From: a virus
DNA length: 33,353 bases
IMG/VR virus record: IMGVR_UViG_3300045988_174038
Location: 1-33,353 of that record
Direction: 5' to 3' (one strand)
The translations under genes and the position numbers were made by a program. The notes under the pieces are model-generated. The model searched no databases, was not told where the DNA came from, and worked only from the letters and a program-made list of their open reading frames with translations. Position 1 is the first letter of the stretch. Each line of letters opens with the position of its first letter. Shown piece by piece: positions 17,179 to 25,216 of this stretch.

Positions 17179-19944
17179 ATGCAATCAAACAGAATTGTGG
17201 TAATGCTTGCCGCCGACGGCGTGAACGGACTTGACATCAGCTACGGCAAGAACATCAACACAATGTATCTCAACTCGCACCTAAACAGCGAGTTTGTGGT
17301 GCGCCCTGCATTTTTGTTGGGGGCGTCGGAAACGATGTGGGTAACGTTCAGCAAGGGCGAAACATCCACACGTCCGCTACTGTTGGCACAACGTCAAACA
17401 AACGACAGCAACAATAGCCGTCAAGTTGTGGACGGTACGGAAAGTACAATTGAAAAGATACCCAACACGGGATACGAGTACTTTATCGATATGCCCGATG
17501 TCGTGTTGCAAAACGTCGGCGAGTGGAGTTTTTCGATAACGATTACCGAGTTGCCTGTGGACGTGGAATACAAAGGACAAGTGAACGCTACGAGCGATTT
17601 GCCGTCGAGCGGAAACGCCGTCGGCGATACCTATTGGGTCGGCGGTTCTGTAAACTCGTACTACTATTGGAACGGCTCGGCGTGGGCGGTGCTTAACATC
17701 GTCGCCGTGTCTACATCCGATGTCGGTACAATTACGGTAAATCGGAGCGTGGGCGGACAAATCGGCGGATATGCCACCGACCTTGACATCCAAGTGCTGT
17801 ACAATTTCGTGTTGCGAGTGCTGAATAGATTGTCTGACTATTTGCCGAAAATTGTTGACGGCTATTGGTGGGTTTGGAACAGCGACAGCAAAGCGTATGT
17901 CAACTCGGGCGAAGTGGCGACATCGTTGATAACGTTGCGTGCGATAACAGGACTTACAAAAGTACCGACCATAAACGACACCATTACGAGTAGAGCGGCA
18001 ACATTTAACCGTGTACCGCAAATAGGCGAAACCTACGTGTCCCTTGCAAGTACCTCTAATGCACTCGGTGGCGATACGTATATTTGCCTAATGAAGTACA
18101 CATCCGAAAACACGTCGACCTATATGTATGTTGGCAACACTCGTGGCGCAAAGGGCGAAAAAGGCGATACGGGCGCACAAGGTCAAAAGGGCGATACAGG
18201 CGCAACGGGCGTGGGCATTGCGAACGTAAAGCAAGAAGTCGTGACAGGCGGCACAAAGGTTACAATCACGTTGACGAACGGCACAAGTAGTTCATTTATT
18301 GTGTATAACGGCACTGCGGATAACATCACCAACTTGGAGTTTCCGCACGGTGACGCAGTAGTCACGTATGATAATGTAGACGGACTGCACATACACGGCA
18401 ATTGCCGAATTACGCTTAACGGCGTTAACGTTGATGTACCTATGGATGTCGAGATACCGCAAACGGCGGGCGACGGCTTGACCGAGGACGCAACGGACGA
18501 CGCAAAAGGTGCGGTATTGAAAGTCGACGAAACAGTAATACGCACTAACAAGGCAAATCAAATCATCAACGGAAACGTTACAATCGGCGGCAACGTGACA
18601 GTCAACGGCACGGTCACGAGCGTGAGTGCCGAAAATTTGAAAGTAAAGAACAAACTAATAGTAGTTGCCGAGGGTAACACGGTCACGCTGACAAGTCCCG
18701 CAGGTTTGCTCGCTCCGAAGTACGACGGCACGAACCACGGCGCATTGGTATTTGACGGTACGGGTACGGCGTATGTCGGTGACGTGGTGTTGGACAGCAA
18801 CGGCGATATTGATGTGTCGAAGTCCGACTTGCAACCGCTCGTAACACGCGGCACGCTCGCTGACGGCAAGTTGGTGAAATGGAACGCCGCAAAATTGCGT
18901 CTGGAAGATACAGGTATAGCCGCCGACCAAGTGGCGACGAAAGCCGACCTCGGCGCAACGAGTAACTTCATTTACAAGTTAAACTATGAAAGCGCAACAA
19001 TACCGACAATCGGGCAAGTATTGACGTTGACAAATGCGAATTTTAGCCGCACTCCCGTTGTGGGCGACGTTTTTGCGCTTATGGAAGTTGTAAACGTCAA
19101 CGATACTTACTACAACAATATGGAAGTATTGACCGTTGGCGAAACGACTTGCACGGCGAAAATAATGTCATTCACGGACATCACGAGTTGCAAGGTGACA
19201 AAGGTTACTACGGCTACCACCACGAAGCAAGCCTATGTAAAGAACGCCGACGGCACGCAAGGAATGGTAGACATCAATAATAATGCGACTGCTCAAAGTA
19301 TTGTCTTACGTGATAATGCTGGTAGAATATACGTCACAGCTGGCGCAGAAGAGGGACAGGCTGTAAACGTCAAACAAATGAGCAGTGCTATTGCGACGGC
19401 AATGGAAGTAGGCACAAGTGGGCTTGAACGCACGGACAACAAGGTAGGTTCGATTACGGGCGAGGGCGATGATGTACAATATCCGTCCACCAAAGCCGTG
19501 GTAGATTACGTTAAAGCCAACGCACCGACGGCATACCACGTTGATTTGAGCGGTGATAGCGGTACAATCACTACTGACCAATACAATGCTCTAAAAGCTG
19601 ACAATGATAGCTACATTTTGCATACGGTAGGTGTTGCTGTTATGAGGCTTGCAAGGGCAGTAAAAGTTGAAGCACAAAGTGGTAGTTTGCAATATCAAAA
19701 GTTTATCGGTGGTACTGCAAGAACTATTAAAATAGAACCGTCGGGTGCTTGGACGAAGACTGAGACCACATATCAGTCAACAAGTAAACTTACAACAACC
19801 TTGTCGTCGAGTTCCACCAATACTCAATATCCAAGTGCAAAAGCAACGTACGATGCCGACCAAGCAACACTGACAGCGGCAAAGAGTTATGCGGACACAG
19901 CAATCACAAACGCAATCACAACGGCGTTGAACACCCCTGTGTAA
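17179..19944 (+). CDS. Tail fibre protein with a collagen-like segment, 921 aa
   Basis: G-X-Y repeats GAKGEKGDTGAQGQKGDTGATG. Recurrent ..QYPS.KA..DY.. motifs (DDVQYPSTKAVVDYVKAN, TNTQYPSAKATYDAD) are common in phage fibre proteins. Confidence 0.8.
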   Translation: MQSNRIVVMLAADGVNGLDISYGKNINTMYLNSHLNSEFVVRPAFLLGASETMWVTFSKGETSTRPLLLAQRQTNDSNNSRQVVDGTESTIEKIPNTGYEYFIDMPDVVLQNVGEWSFSITITELPVDVEYKGQVNATSDLPSSGNAVGDTYWVGGSVNSYYYWNGSAWAVLNIVAVSTSDVGTITVNRSVGGQIGGYATDLDIQVLYNFVLRVLNRLSDYLPKIVDGYWWVWNSDSKAYVNSGEVATSLITLRAITGLTKVPTINDTITSRAATFNRVPQIGETYVSLASTSNALGGDTYICLMKYTSENTSTYMYVGNTRGAKGEKGDTGAQGQKGDTGATGVGIANVKQEVVTGGTKVTITLTNGTSSSFIVYNGTADNITNLEFPHGDAVVTYDNVDGLHIHGNCRITLNGVNVDVPMDVEIPQTAGDGLTEDATDDAKGAVLKVDETVIRTNKANQIINGNVTIGGNVTVNGTVTSVSAENLKVKNKLIVVAEGNTVTLTSPAGLLAPKYDGTNHGALVFDGTGTAYVGDVVLDSNGDIDVSKSDLQPLVTRGTLADGKLVKWNAAKLRLEDTGIAADQVATKADLGATSNFIYKLNYESATIPTIGQVLTLTNANFSRTPVVGDVFALMEVVNVNDTYYNNMEVLTVGETTCTAKIMSFTDITSCKVTKVTTATTTKQAYVKNADGTQGMVDINNNATAQSIVLRDNAGRIYVTAGAEEGQAVNVKQMSSAIATAMEVGTSGLERTDNKVGSITGEGDDVQYPSTKAVVDYVKANAPTAYHVDLSGDSGTITTDQYNALKADNDSYILHTVGVAVMRLARAVKVEAQSGSLQYQKFIGGTARTIKIEPSGAWTKTETTYQSTSKLTTTLSSSSTNTQYPSAKATYDADQATLTAAKSYADTAITNAITTALNTPV
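18145..18216 (+). repeat. Collagen-like G-X-Y repeat coding segment
   Basis: Seven consecutive GXY triplets read in frame (ggc gca aag ggc gaa aaa ggc gat acg ...). Confidence 0.9.
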
Positions 19945-19956
19945 AGGAGATAGATT

Positions 19957-20508
19957 ATGGCGAAAAACAATAATTTAACGGACTTCCTAACCGATGTAGC
20001 CGACGCTATTCGGGAAAAGGACGGCACGACAGGGACGATTAACCCACAAGATTTCAGCGACAAAATCAAGGCGATACAAACAGGCTTGGACACGTCTGAC
20101 GGCAACATCGAGCCTACAACAGTGTTGAAAGGCTACAAAGGCTACGCAAAAGGTGTGGCTGTTGATGGTGCGATTGAAACGTATGACGGGACGGTGGAGG
20201 ATGTTGGGTTTACCGTAACAATGAATTTCAGCGGTCCAACAGTGACCAATATGGGTTTTTACAGTTTGGACGCAGGTAGTACTTGGATAGATTTATTTGC
20301 CACCGAGCAAACGCAATTAGTATTGAACAATGTCAAACAAATAATGTTCAAGGCACAAGGCGACTATTCCCATTATATATCTATAAGTGGGGATGGTTTC
20401 AGCAGTTTGTATATTAACGGTTCTGTCGGACCAAGTACTACGGAGCAAACACCGAATATTACTCTTACGCAAAATATGGTTGTTGACATTGGTACAGGCA
20501 GTGATTAA
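19957..20508 (+). CDS. Tail fibre/RBP-associated protein, 183 aa
   Basis: The N-terminus MAKNNNLTDFLTDVADAIREKDGTTGTINPQDFSDKIKAI is a recurrent N-terminal motif of fibre proteins in Gram-positive phages (from my recollection, not searched). Confidence 0.6.
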   Translation: MAKNNNLTDFLTDVADAIREKDGTTGTINPQDFSDKIKAIQTGLDTSDGNIEPTTVLKGYKGYAKGVAVDGAIETYDGTVEDVGFTVTMNFSGPTVTNMGFYSLDAGSTWIDLFATEQTQLVLNNVKQIMFKAQGDYSHYISISGDGFSSLYINGSVGPSTTEQTPNITLTQNMVVDIGTGSD

Positions 20509-20581
20509 AAAGAAATGATACACTTTAATTACCCAATCCCCGTCCGCAGGTGGCAAGGCGGTCACTCTTTAAGGAGTAGAT

Positions 20582-21760
20582 ATGAACGAAATAAAAATCT
20601 TATCCGACAGGATAATCATAGATGGTCACGCTGATACACGAGAGCAATGCGAAACTGCAACAATGTTGGCAAATCTATTGTCAGCACAAGGCAGTGGTTT
20701 TAATTGCGTTGAGTATCGAAGTGGCTATGCCGAGTTTAAGAAAAGCGATGTTGTCAAGTTGGCTGATAGTGAGTTGAAGTTTGTTAGTGGTGAACCTGTT
20801 AGCTATAAAACAATATATGTAAATGGTAATAGGGTCGAAATTTCAGACACTATGGGCAATACTTGGCAAGAGCTTGAAACCTATAATAGCCAATATAGAA
20901 TTGAAGGTAATACCGTAGTTTGGAGGAGTGATGACACAATTTTGCAATACAACGGTGTTGATGTATTACCAACCGATACCATTGTAGCGAACAGACAATA
21001 CACAACTCGCTCGTCATTCGACGGCAAAATCAACATCACAAAATCAGCAGGCGTTGTCCTCAAAACGCAAGGTAAGTATTGCGACAAAGACATAACTGTT
21101 GTACCCGTACTTGAAGAAAAGAGCGTAACCCCGACTGAAAGCGCACAAGAGATTGTACCGAGTGACGGAAACTGCGGTATTAGCAAAGTAACCGTCGGAG
21201 CGGTACAAACTGAAACAAAAACGATAACTCCGACTACAAATCAACAGACGTTCACTCCTACAAGTGGCAAGTACTTCAAGCAAGTCATTTGTCAAGCAAT
21301 ACAAGCCTACCAAGGCACGGCAACACCCGCACAAGGTGAACAGACAATCACCCCGACAAGCGGTAAGTTTTTCAGTTCGTTCAAAGTAGGTGCAATACCG
21401 AGTGACTATGTAATACCGAGTGGTACATTGCAAATCACGGCTAACGGCGCAAAGGACGTTACAAACTACAAGAATGTCAACGTAAATGTAGAGCCGAATT
21501 TGGAGCAAAAGACTGTGACAATCACCGAAAATGGTACGACCGAAGTTACCCCTACAACGGGCAAGGACGGTATGAGCAAAGTCACTGTAACGACAAATGT
21601 CCCGACGGCAAGTGCTGTTGAAGAGGTTGCGACAGCAAGTGCAATGAACGCATTGTTGGTAGAAGCTAATGTTGGCAAGTACTACAAGTTTACAGGCACG
21701 ACCGATAGCAACTACACCAACGGCGACCTTTACCTTGTTGAGGGGGGGGGCAGTGAGTAG
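20582..21760 (+). CDS. Fibre/receptor-binding protein A, upstream ORF (392 aa) ending just after the G9 tract
   Basis: Shares an N-terminal block with RBP B (GNTVVWRSDDTILQYNGVDVLPTDTIVANRQYTTRS). It has tandem ~30-aa T/P/Q-rich repeats (..TPT..Q...P.SGK.F..V.V.AI..). It ends ..GDLYLVEGGGSE*. Confidence 0.8.
   Translation: MNEIKILSDRIIIDGHADTREQCETATMLANLLSAQGSGFNCVEYRSGYAEFKKSDVVKLADSELKFVSGEPVSYKTIYVNGNRVEISDTMGNTWQELETYNSQYRIEGNTVVWRSDDTILQYNGVDVLPTDTIVANRQYTTRSSFDGKINITKSAGVVLKTQGKYCDKDITVVPVLEEKSVTPTESAQEIVPSDGNCGISKVTVGAVQTETKTITPTTNQQTFTPTSGKYFKQVICQAIQAYQGTATPAQGEQTITPTSGKFFSSFKVGAIPSDYVIPSGTLQITANGAKDVTNYKNVNVNVEPNLEQKTVTITENGTTEVTPTTGKDGMSKVTVTTNVPTASAVEEVATASAMNALLVEANVGKYYKFTGTTDSNYTNGDLYLVEGGGSE
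21742..21750 (+). repeat. G9 homopolymer at the domain junction of RBP A
   Basis: Counted directly: ttga-GGGGGGGGG-cagtgagtag. Confidence 0.95.
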
Positions 21761-22115
21761 TGGATATACGGTAAGTTATATTTTGAGCGGTGGAATGGGC
21801 GGTGCGTTAATTCCTATGTTTGTTTACAATGGTAAGAAATACGGCTACAATTCCACTAAATATCCTAACGGAGATAATAAATTTTATAAAGACGATGTAG
21901 TTGTATCTGCCGAAGAATATAGTGGTTCATATGCTATAATTGGCGAATTAAACATTCCAAGTGTACCAACAACAATTACGTGGGGATACAATGACACTTT
22001 GCAATATGCCAATAAAACAGGAGATATAACTATAACAAATGGAACATCGGGGAAACTTGACGGTACTATAATTGTTAATGGAAATGGTAGTTTCGAGATA
22101 AAAGGTACCGACTAA
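21753..22115 (+). CDS. RBP A distal domain ORF in the +1 frame (about 120 aa; frame open from 21669)
   Basis: The +1 frame reads ..GGAVSSGYTVSYILSGGMGGALIPMFVYNGKKYGYN...FEIKGTD*. A GTG at 21753 is the only nearby start. Deleting one G fuses it to 20582-21760 (510 aa). Confidence 0.6.
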   Translation: MSSGYTVSYILSGGMGGALIPMFVYNGKKYGYNSTKYPNGDNKFYKDDVVVSAEEYSGSYAIIGELNIPSVPTTITWGYNDTLQYANKTGDITITNGTSGKLDGTIIVNGNGSFEIKGTD

Positions 22116-22166
22116 TACACAGCATAAACCTTATCGGGTAGGCGGTCAAACCCGTTAGGAGAAACT

Positions 22167-22856
22167 ATGTGGAAACATAAAAACTTTATAAATTTGCAGT
22201 TGTGTGCTGGACCTATACCGTTCCCAATAGTAGTAAACGGTACAGATGTTTATATCCAAAGGCTTAGTGATAGTGGGGAAACTGGCGAGGAAACTTGGAG
22301 TTATAATGCAAGTATAAATACGGACATTTATTCAATTTCGGGCAATACTGTTGTTTGGAGTGACGGAACTATTTTGCAATATAATAGCATTGATGTTTTA
22401 CCTACTGACAATATTATTGTTGATGGTGAATACACAACTCGTACTGCCTCAACCCTCAAATTCAAACACCTCACTGACGCAGGCACTATCGGCAGTGGGA
22501 CGGTTAAGTTTAGACACTACTCGCAACAGGGGCTTAGTACGGGCGAAACGTGGGTGTTGAATAGTACTATAACAGCTCCAAGTAGTAGTATTGACAAAAA
22601 TATCGATTTTCTTTGTGTAGGTACGTCACAAAACTTCATACGTATACTGATAGAAAGCGAAGGTAGAGGTGTACATCTGGAATATTTTGCACAAGGTGAT
22701 AGTTCCACAGCAGGTACTGTTGTATCGACTGGCGGCACAGCAGTCGCTACTGAATATCGCACGCTTACGTTCGATAGTCCTGTAACCGACACGGCGTTGT
22801 TGACTTGGCTACAAGCTAACGGAACAAAGCAAGGTGGGGGGGGGGCAAGTAATTAA
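22167..22856 (+). CDS. Fibre/receptor-binding protein B, upstream ORF (229 aa) ending just after the G10 tract
   Basis: The paralogous block GNTVVWSDGTILQYNSIDVLPTDNIIVDGEYTTRT. It ends ..LLTWLQANGTKQGGGGASN*. Confidence 0.75.
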   Translation: MWKHKNFINLQLCAGPIPFPIVVNGTDVYIQRLSDSGETGEETWSYNASINTDIYSISGNTVVWSDGTILQYNSIDVLPTDNIIVDGEYTTRTASTLKFKHLTDAGTIGSGTVKFRHYSQQGLSTGETWVLNSTITAPSSSIDKNIDFLCVGTSQNFIRILIESEGRGVHLEYFAQGDSSTAGTVVSTGGTAVATEYRTLTFDSPVTDTALLTWLQANGTKQGGGGASN

Positions 22857-23211
22857 AGCAGGGACGTATCAGTTTATTGAAGACATAAATTTTCCAACTG
22901 GTATAGATATAACTGAAAAAATAACTGCTACTATAAATACTTTGACAGAGAATGATGTTTACGGTAGTCAAAAAACCATTGATACAATCGTGGTAGCGCA
23001 GTCGGGTGATGCAGGTGCTTTATCATTATTTAATGAAGAACCGTATTATGGTATAACACACGCATTTGACTGGGAATATACTACCGAAAATGGTGATACG
23101 TTTTATGTTACTGACACAGCAAAACTACGAACAATAATAATCGCTACTGACCAAACAGTAACTAACGAATTGTATCAGTGGTTCACTGCCAACACAACAA
23201 AACTCTCATAA
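22834..23211 (+). CDS. RBP B distal domain ORF in the +1 frame (125 aa from GTG 22834)
   Basis: Reads (GGG)QVIKAGTYQFIEDINFPTG...LRTIIIATDQTVTNELYQWFTANTTKLS*. There is no SD upstream of the GTG. Deleting one G fuses it to 22167-22856 (347 aa). Confidence 0.6.
   Translation: MGGGQVIKAGTYQFIEDINFPTGIDITEKITATINTLTENDVYGSQKTIDTIVVAQSGDAGALSLFNEEPYYGITHAFDWEYTTENGDTFYVTDTAKLRTIIIATDQTVTNELYQWFTANTTKLS
22836..22845 (+). repeat. G10 homopolymer at the domain junction of RBP B
   Basis: Counted directly: aaggt-GGGGGGGGGG-caagtaattaa. Confidence 0.95.
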
Positions 23212-23224
23212 AGGAGACAAGCAA

Positions 23225-23497
23225 ATGCGTAAAGGCTTTACCCTTGTAGAGCTCATTGTAGTAATCGCACTCATAAGCTTATTGACAGCTTCTGTATTTG
23301 CGTGGTACAACGAGTTCAAGGACAAACAAATTGTAGACACCAACGGCGACGGACTTGTGTACTACGACGACATCACGTTGCCAAAACCGCCGAACTATCG
23401 GGAAATTTTGAAACAATACGGTATCGACGTCGGGGAATTGACCGACGAGGAATTGAATGAACTTATAAAGGAGTTGCAAAATGGAACAAGTGATTGA
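23225..23497 (+). CDS. Prepilin-type N-terminal cleavage/methylation-motif protein, 90 aa (pilin or pseudopilin-like)
   Basis: MRKG/FTLVELIVVIALISLL matches the type IV pilin class signal: a short basic leader, Gly at -1, Phe at +1, Glu at +5 and a hydrophobic helix. RBS AAAGGAG. Confidence 0.7.
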   Translation: MRKGFTLVELIVVIALISLLTASVFAWYNEFKDKQIVDTNGDGLVYYDDITLPKPPNYREILKQYGIDVGELTDEELNELIKELQNGTSD

Positions 23498-23717
23498 ATG
23501 GTTTGACGTGGCAAAGGACGAATGCGAAACATTGCGTGATTATGCCGAGAAATTGGACAAGGTGGACGAAAAGGACAACTTGCGTGAGATTATGGGCGAC
23601 GAAGTAAATCACGCTCTAATTGCGATTGTGGCGGCGTGTAGGCTGTTGGAGCTGAAAGTGCCGACGGACAATTTGGAGGGCATTGACGAAATATTCGAGG
23701 GGGGCGGCGAAGAATGA
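23481..23717 (+). CDS. Hypothetical acidic protein, 78 aa
   Basis: Track ORF with ATG 23481 after AAGGAG. No family recognised. Confidence 0.6.
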   Translation: MEQVIEWFDVAKDECETLRDYAEKLDKVDEKDNLREIMGDEVNHALIAIVAACRLLELKVPTDNLEGIDEIFEGGGEE

Positions 23718-24181
23718 AAGTAACACTGAAATTACGCAAATTATCGGCGTACTTCGTTGAAAAGTCCGTAACGCTTGCCGATGACGAAGTGTTGCAAGTA
23801 CAAGTTGCCGACAGGGGCGCACTGTCGGGGCGTGTGGCGTTATTGTGTAACGGCAAGAGTTACATTGCGGACGAAAACAAAACCGTCCACATTGACCGCC
23901 AAAGCCTTGAAATGGTAAACGTGTTTGAATTGCAACTTCGAGATACCGACGGCAAGATTTTGCAACGTTGGGTAACCGAGGGGTTGTACGTTGCGCCACT
24001 GTCGACGGACTACGAGAACGACCGCCTAATCACGGAGCGAGAATTTTACGCCGACTTGCTGACGAAATACAGCGAAGTCAATGAAACGTTAAAAGAACAA
24101 GTCGCTGACTTGAAAAATAGAGTAGCCGCACTCGAAAACGGCAAATTTTCTATCCTAAAATTTGGGGGTAACGAACAATGA
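23714..24181 (+). CDS. Hypothetical protein, 155 aa, C-terminal coiled coil
   Basis: ATGA overlap with the upstream gene. The C-terminus is ..LKEQVADLKNRVAALENGK... Confidence 0.65.
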   Translation: MKVTLKLRKLSAYFVEKSVTLADDEVLQVQVADRGALSGRVALLCNGKSYIADENKTVHIDRQSLEMVNVFELQLRDTDGKILQRWVTEGLYVAPLSTDYENDRLITEREFYADLLTKYSEVNETLKEQVADLKNRVAALENGKFSILKFGGNEQ

Positions 24182-24756
24182 AAGCATTTGCAAGAACAGT
24201 CACCATAGTGGCACTCGTGATTATGATGTTGCTGTTGGTAATTAACGGCATAAACGTTGAAATTCCCGAGGGGCAAGAACCGACCAAAGCACAACAACTA
24301 TTGCTTGACATCAAAGCAAACATCAACCTAATTGCAGGCGCATTGGGTACAACTACGTCGGCGATTGTCGGGTTTCTTATGGTTGTAATACAAAAGACGT
24401 CCACTATTACAGGCGACAACACGGCTAAACTAATCGCCGAGGGCGCAACTACTAACGGCAAGATTGATAATTTGCAAACAAAGACCGACCAAAACAGTGC
24501 GGATGTTGCCGTACTTGCGAAAAAATTAGATATGTTGATGTCTATGCTAACCGACACACTACTATTGAGCGACTTACCCGTGACGGTGCGTGAGCAAGTA
24601 AACACCACCAAAGGCGCATATTTGGCTTTGGGGACGGAAACGGTGAAACCCGAACAAGTTATCGTGCCGACCGAAAACACGGCGCAAAACGAAAATGTGA
24701 CCGCCAAACCGACCGAAACAGCCGAAGAAAAGCCGATTGCGCCGAGTTACTTCTAA
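24178..24756 (+). CDS. Membrane protein, 192 aa (two predicted TM helices)
   Basis: Hydrophobic stretches TVTIVALVIMMLLLVING and LIAGALGTTTSAIVGFLMVVI. ATGA overlap with the upstream gene. Confidence 0.65.
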   Translation: MKAFARTVTIVALVIMMLLLVINGINVEIPEGQEPTKAQQLLLDIKANINLIAGALGTTTSAIVGFLMVVIQKTSTITGDNTAKLIAEGATTNGKIDNLQTKTDQNSADVAVLAKKLDMLMSMLTDTLLLSDLPVTVREQVNTTKGAYLALGTETVKPEQVIVPTENTAQNENVTAKPTETAEEKPIAPSYF

Positions 24757-24770
24757 TATAGGGGGTAATT

Positions 24771-25214
24771 ATGAAAGGTATGACCTATGGGCAAAAAGCC
24801 TTGCTATATAAAATACTCGGATATTTGGCGAGTATCGGCGTGCCTATCGGGACTGCGGCTATAATGTTTCCGCCCGAGATTGTCGAAAGTACATCGATGT
24901 CGATTAGCGCAACGCTGATATTGACGTTGATTATCGGCGTTTCGGCTTTCCGAAAAAAACTTGCCGAGATGTTTAGCAATTATTCAGTGATAATGACATA
25001 CGCAGTTATTGCCGTTATATCAGTAGTGGCGGTCAATTTTTTTTCGGAGATGCTGACAATCTCGCTAGTCGGGTTGGGCGCAAACATCGGCGCAATGCCG
25101 CTGTTTAAGTTGGGCGACAACAACGCCGAGTTGGCAAAACTCGTAAAAGAAGAAGAGCTGAAAGCGAAAGTGCAACAAAACGTGCAAAACAACAACGGTG
25201 GGGGTAATACGTAA
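24771..25214 (+). CDS. Multi-pass membrane protein, 147 aa (holin candidate)
   Basis: Three or four hydrophobic helices followed by a charged C-terminal tail (..KLVKEEELKAKVQQNVQNNNGGGNT), a holin-like architecture at the end of the late operon. Confidence 0.55.
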   Translation: MKGMTYGQKALLYKILGYLASIGVPIGTAAIMFPPEIVESTSMSISATLILTLIIGVSAFRKKLAEMFSNYSVIMTYAVIAVISVVAVNFFSEMLTISLVGLGANIGAMPLFKLGDNNAELAKLVKEEELKAKVQQNVQNNNGGGNT

Positions 25215-25216
25215 AA

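Noticed and set aside
17779-17801. Additional TTGACA hexamers inside genes (for example 17779 with TACAAT 11 nt downstream; also 7134, 13218, 23285)
   Set aside because: The spacers are of the wrong length or there is no acceptable -10 element, and all lie within coding sequence. They are not called as promoters.
17179-23211. Diversity-generating retroelement targeting the fibre genes
   Set aside because: No reverse-transcriptase ORF (no YxDD-type motif) is present anywhere in the genome. I saw no template/variable repeat pair with adenine-specific differences. The only repeats are the paralogous N-terminal blocks and protein-level tandem repeats.
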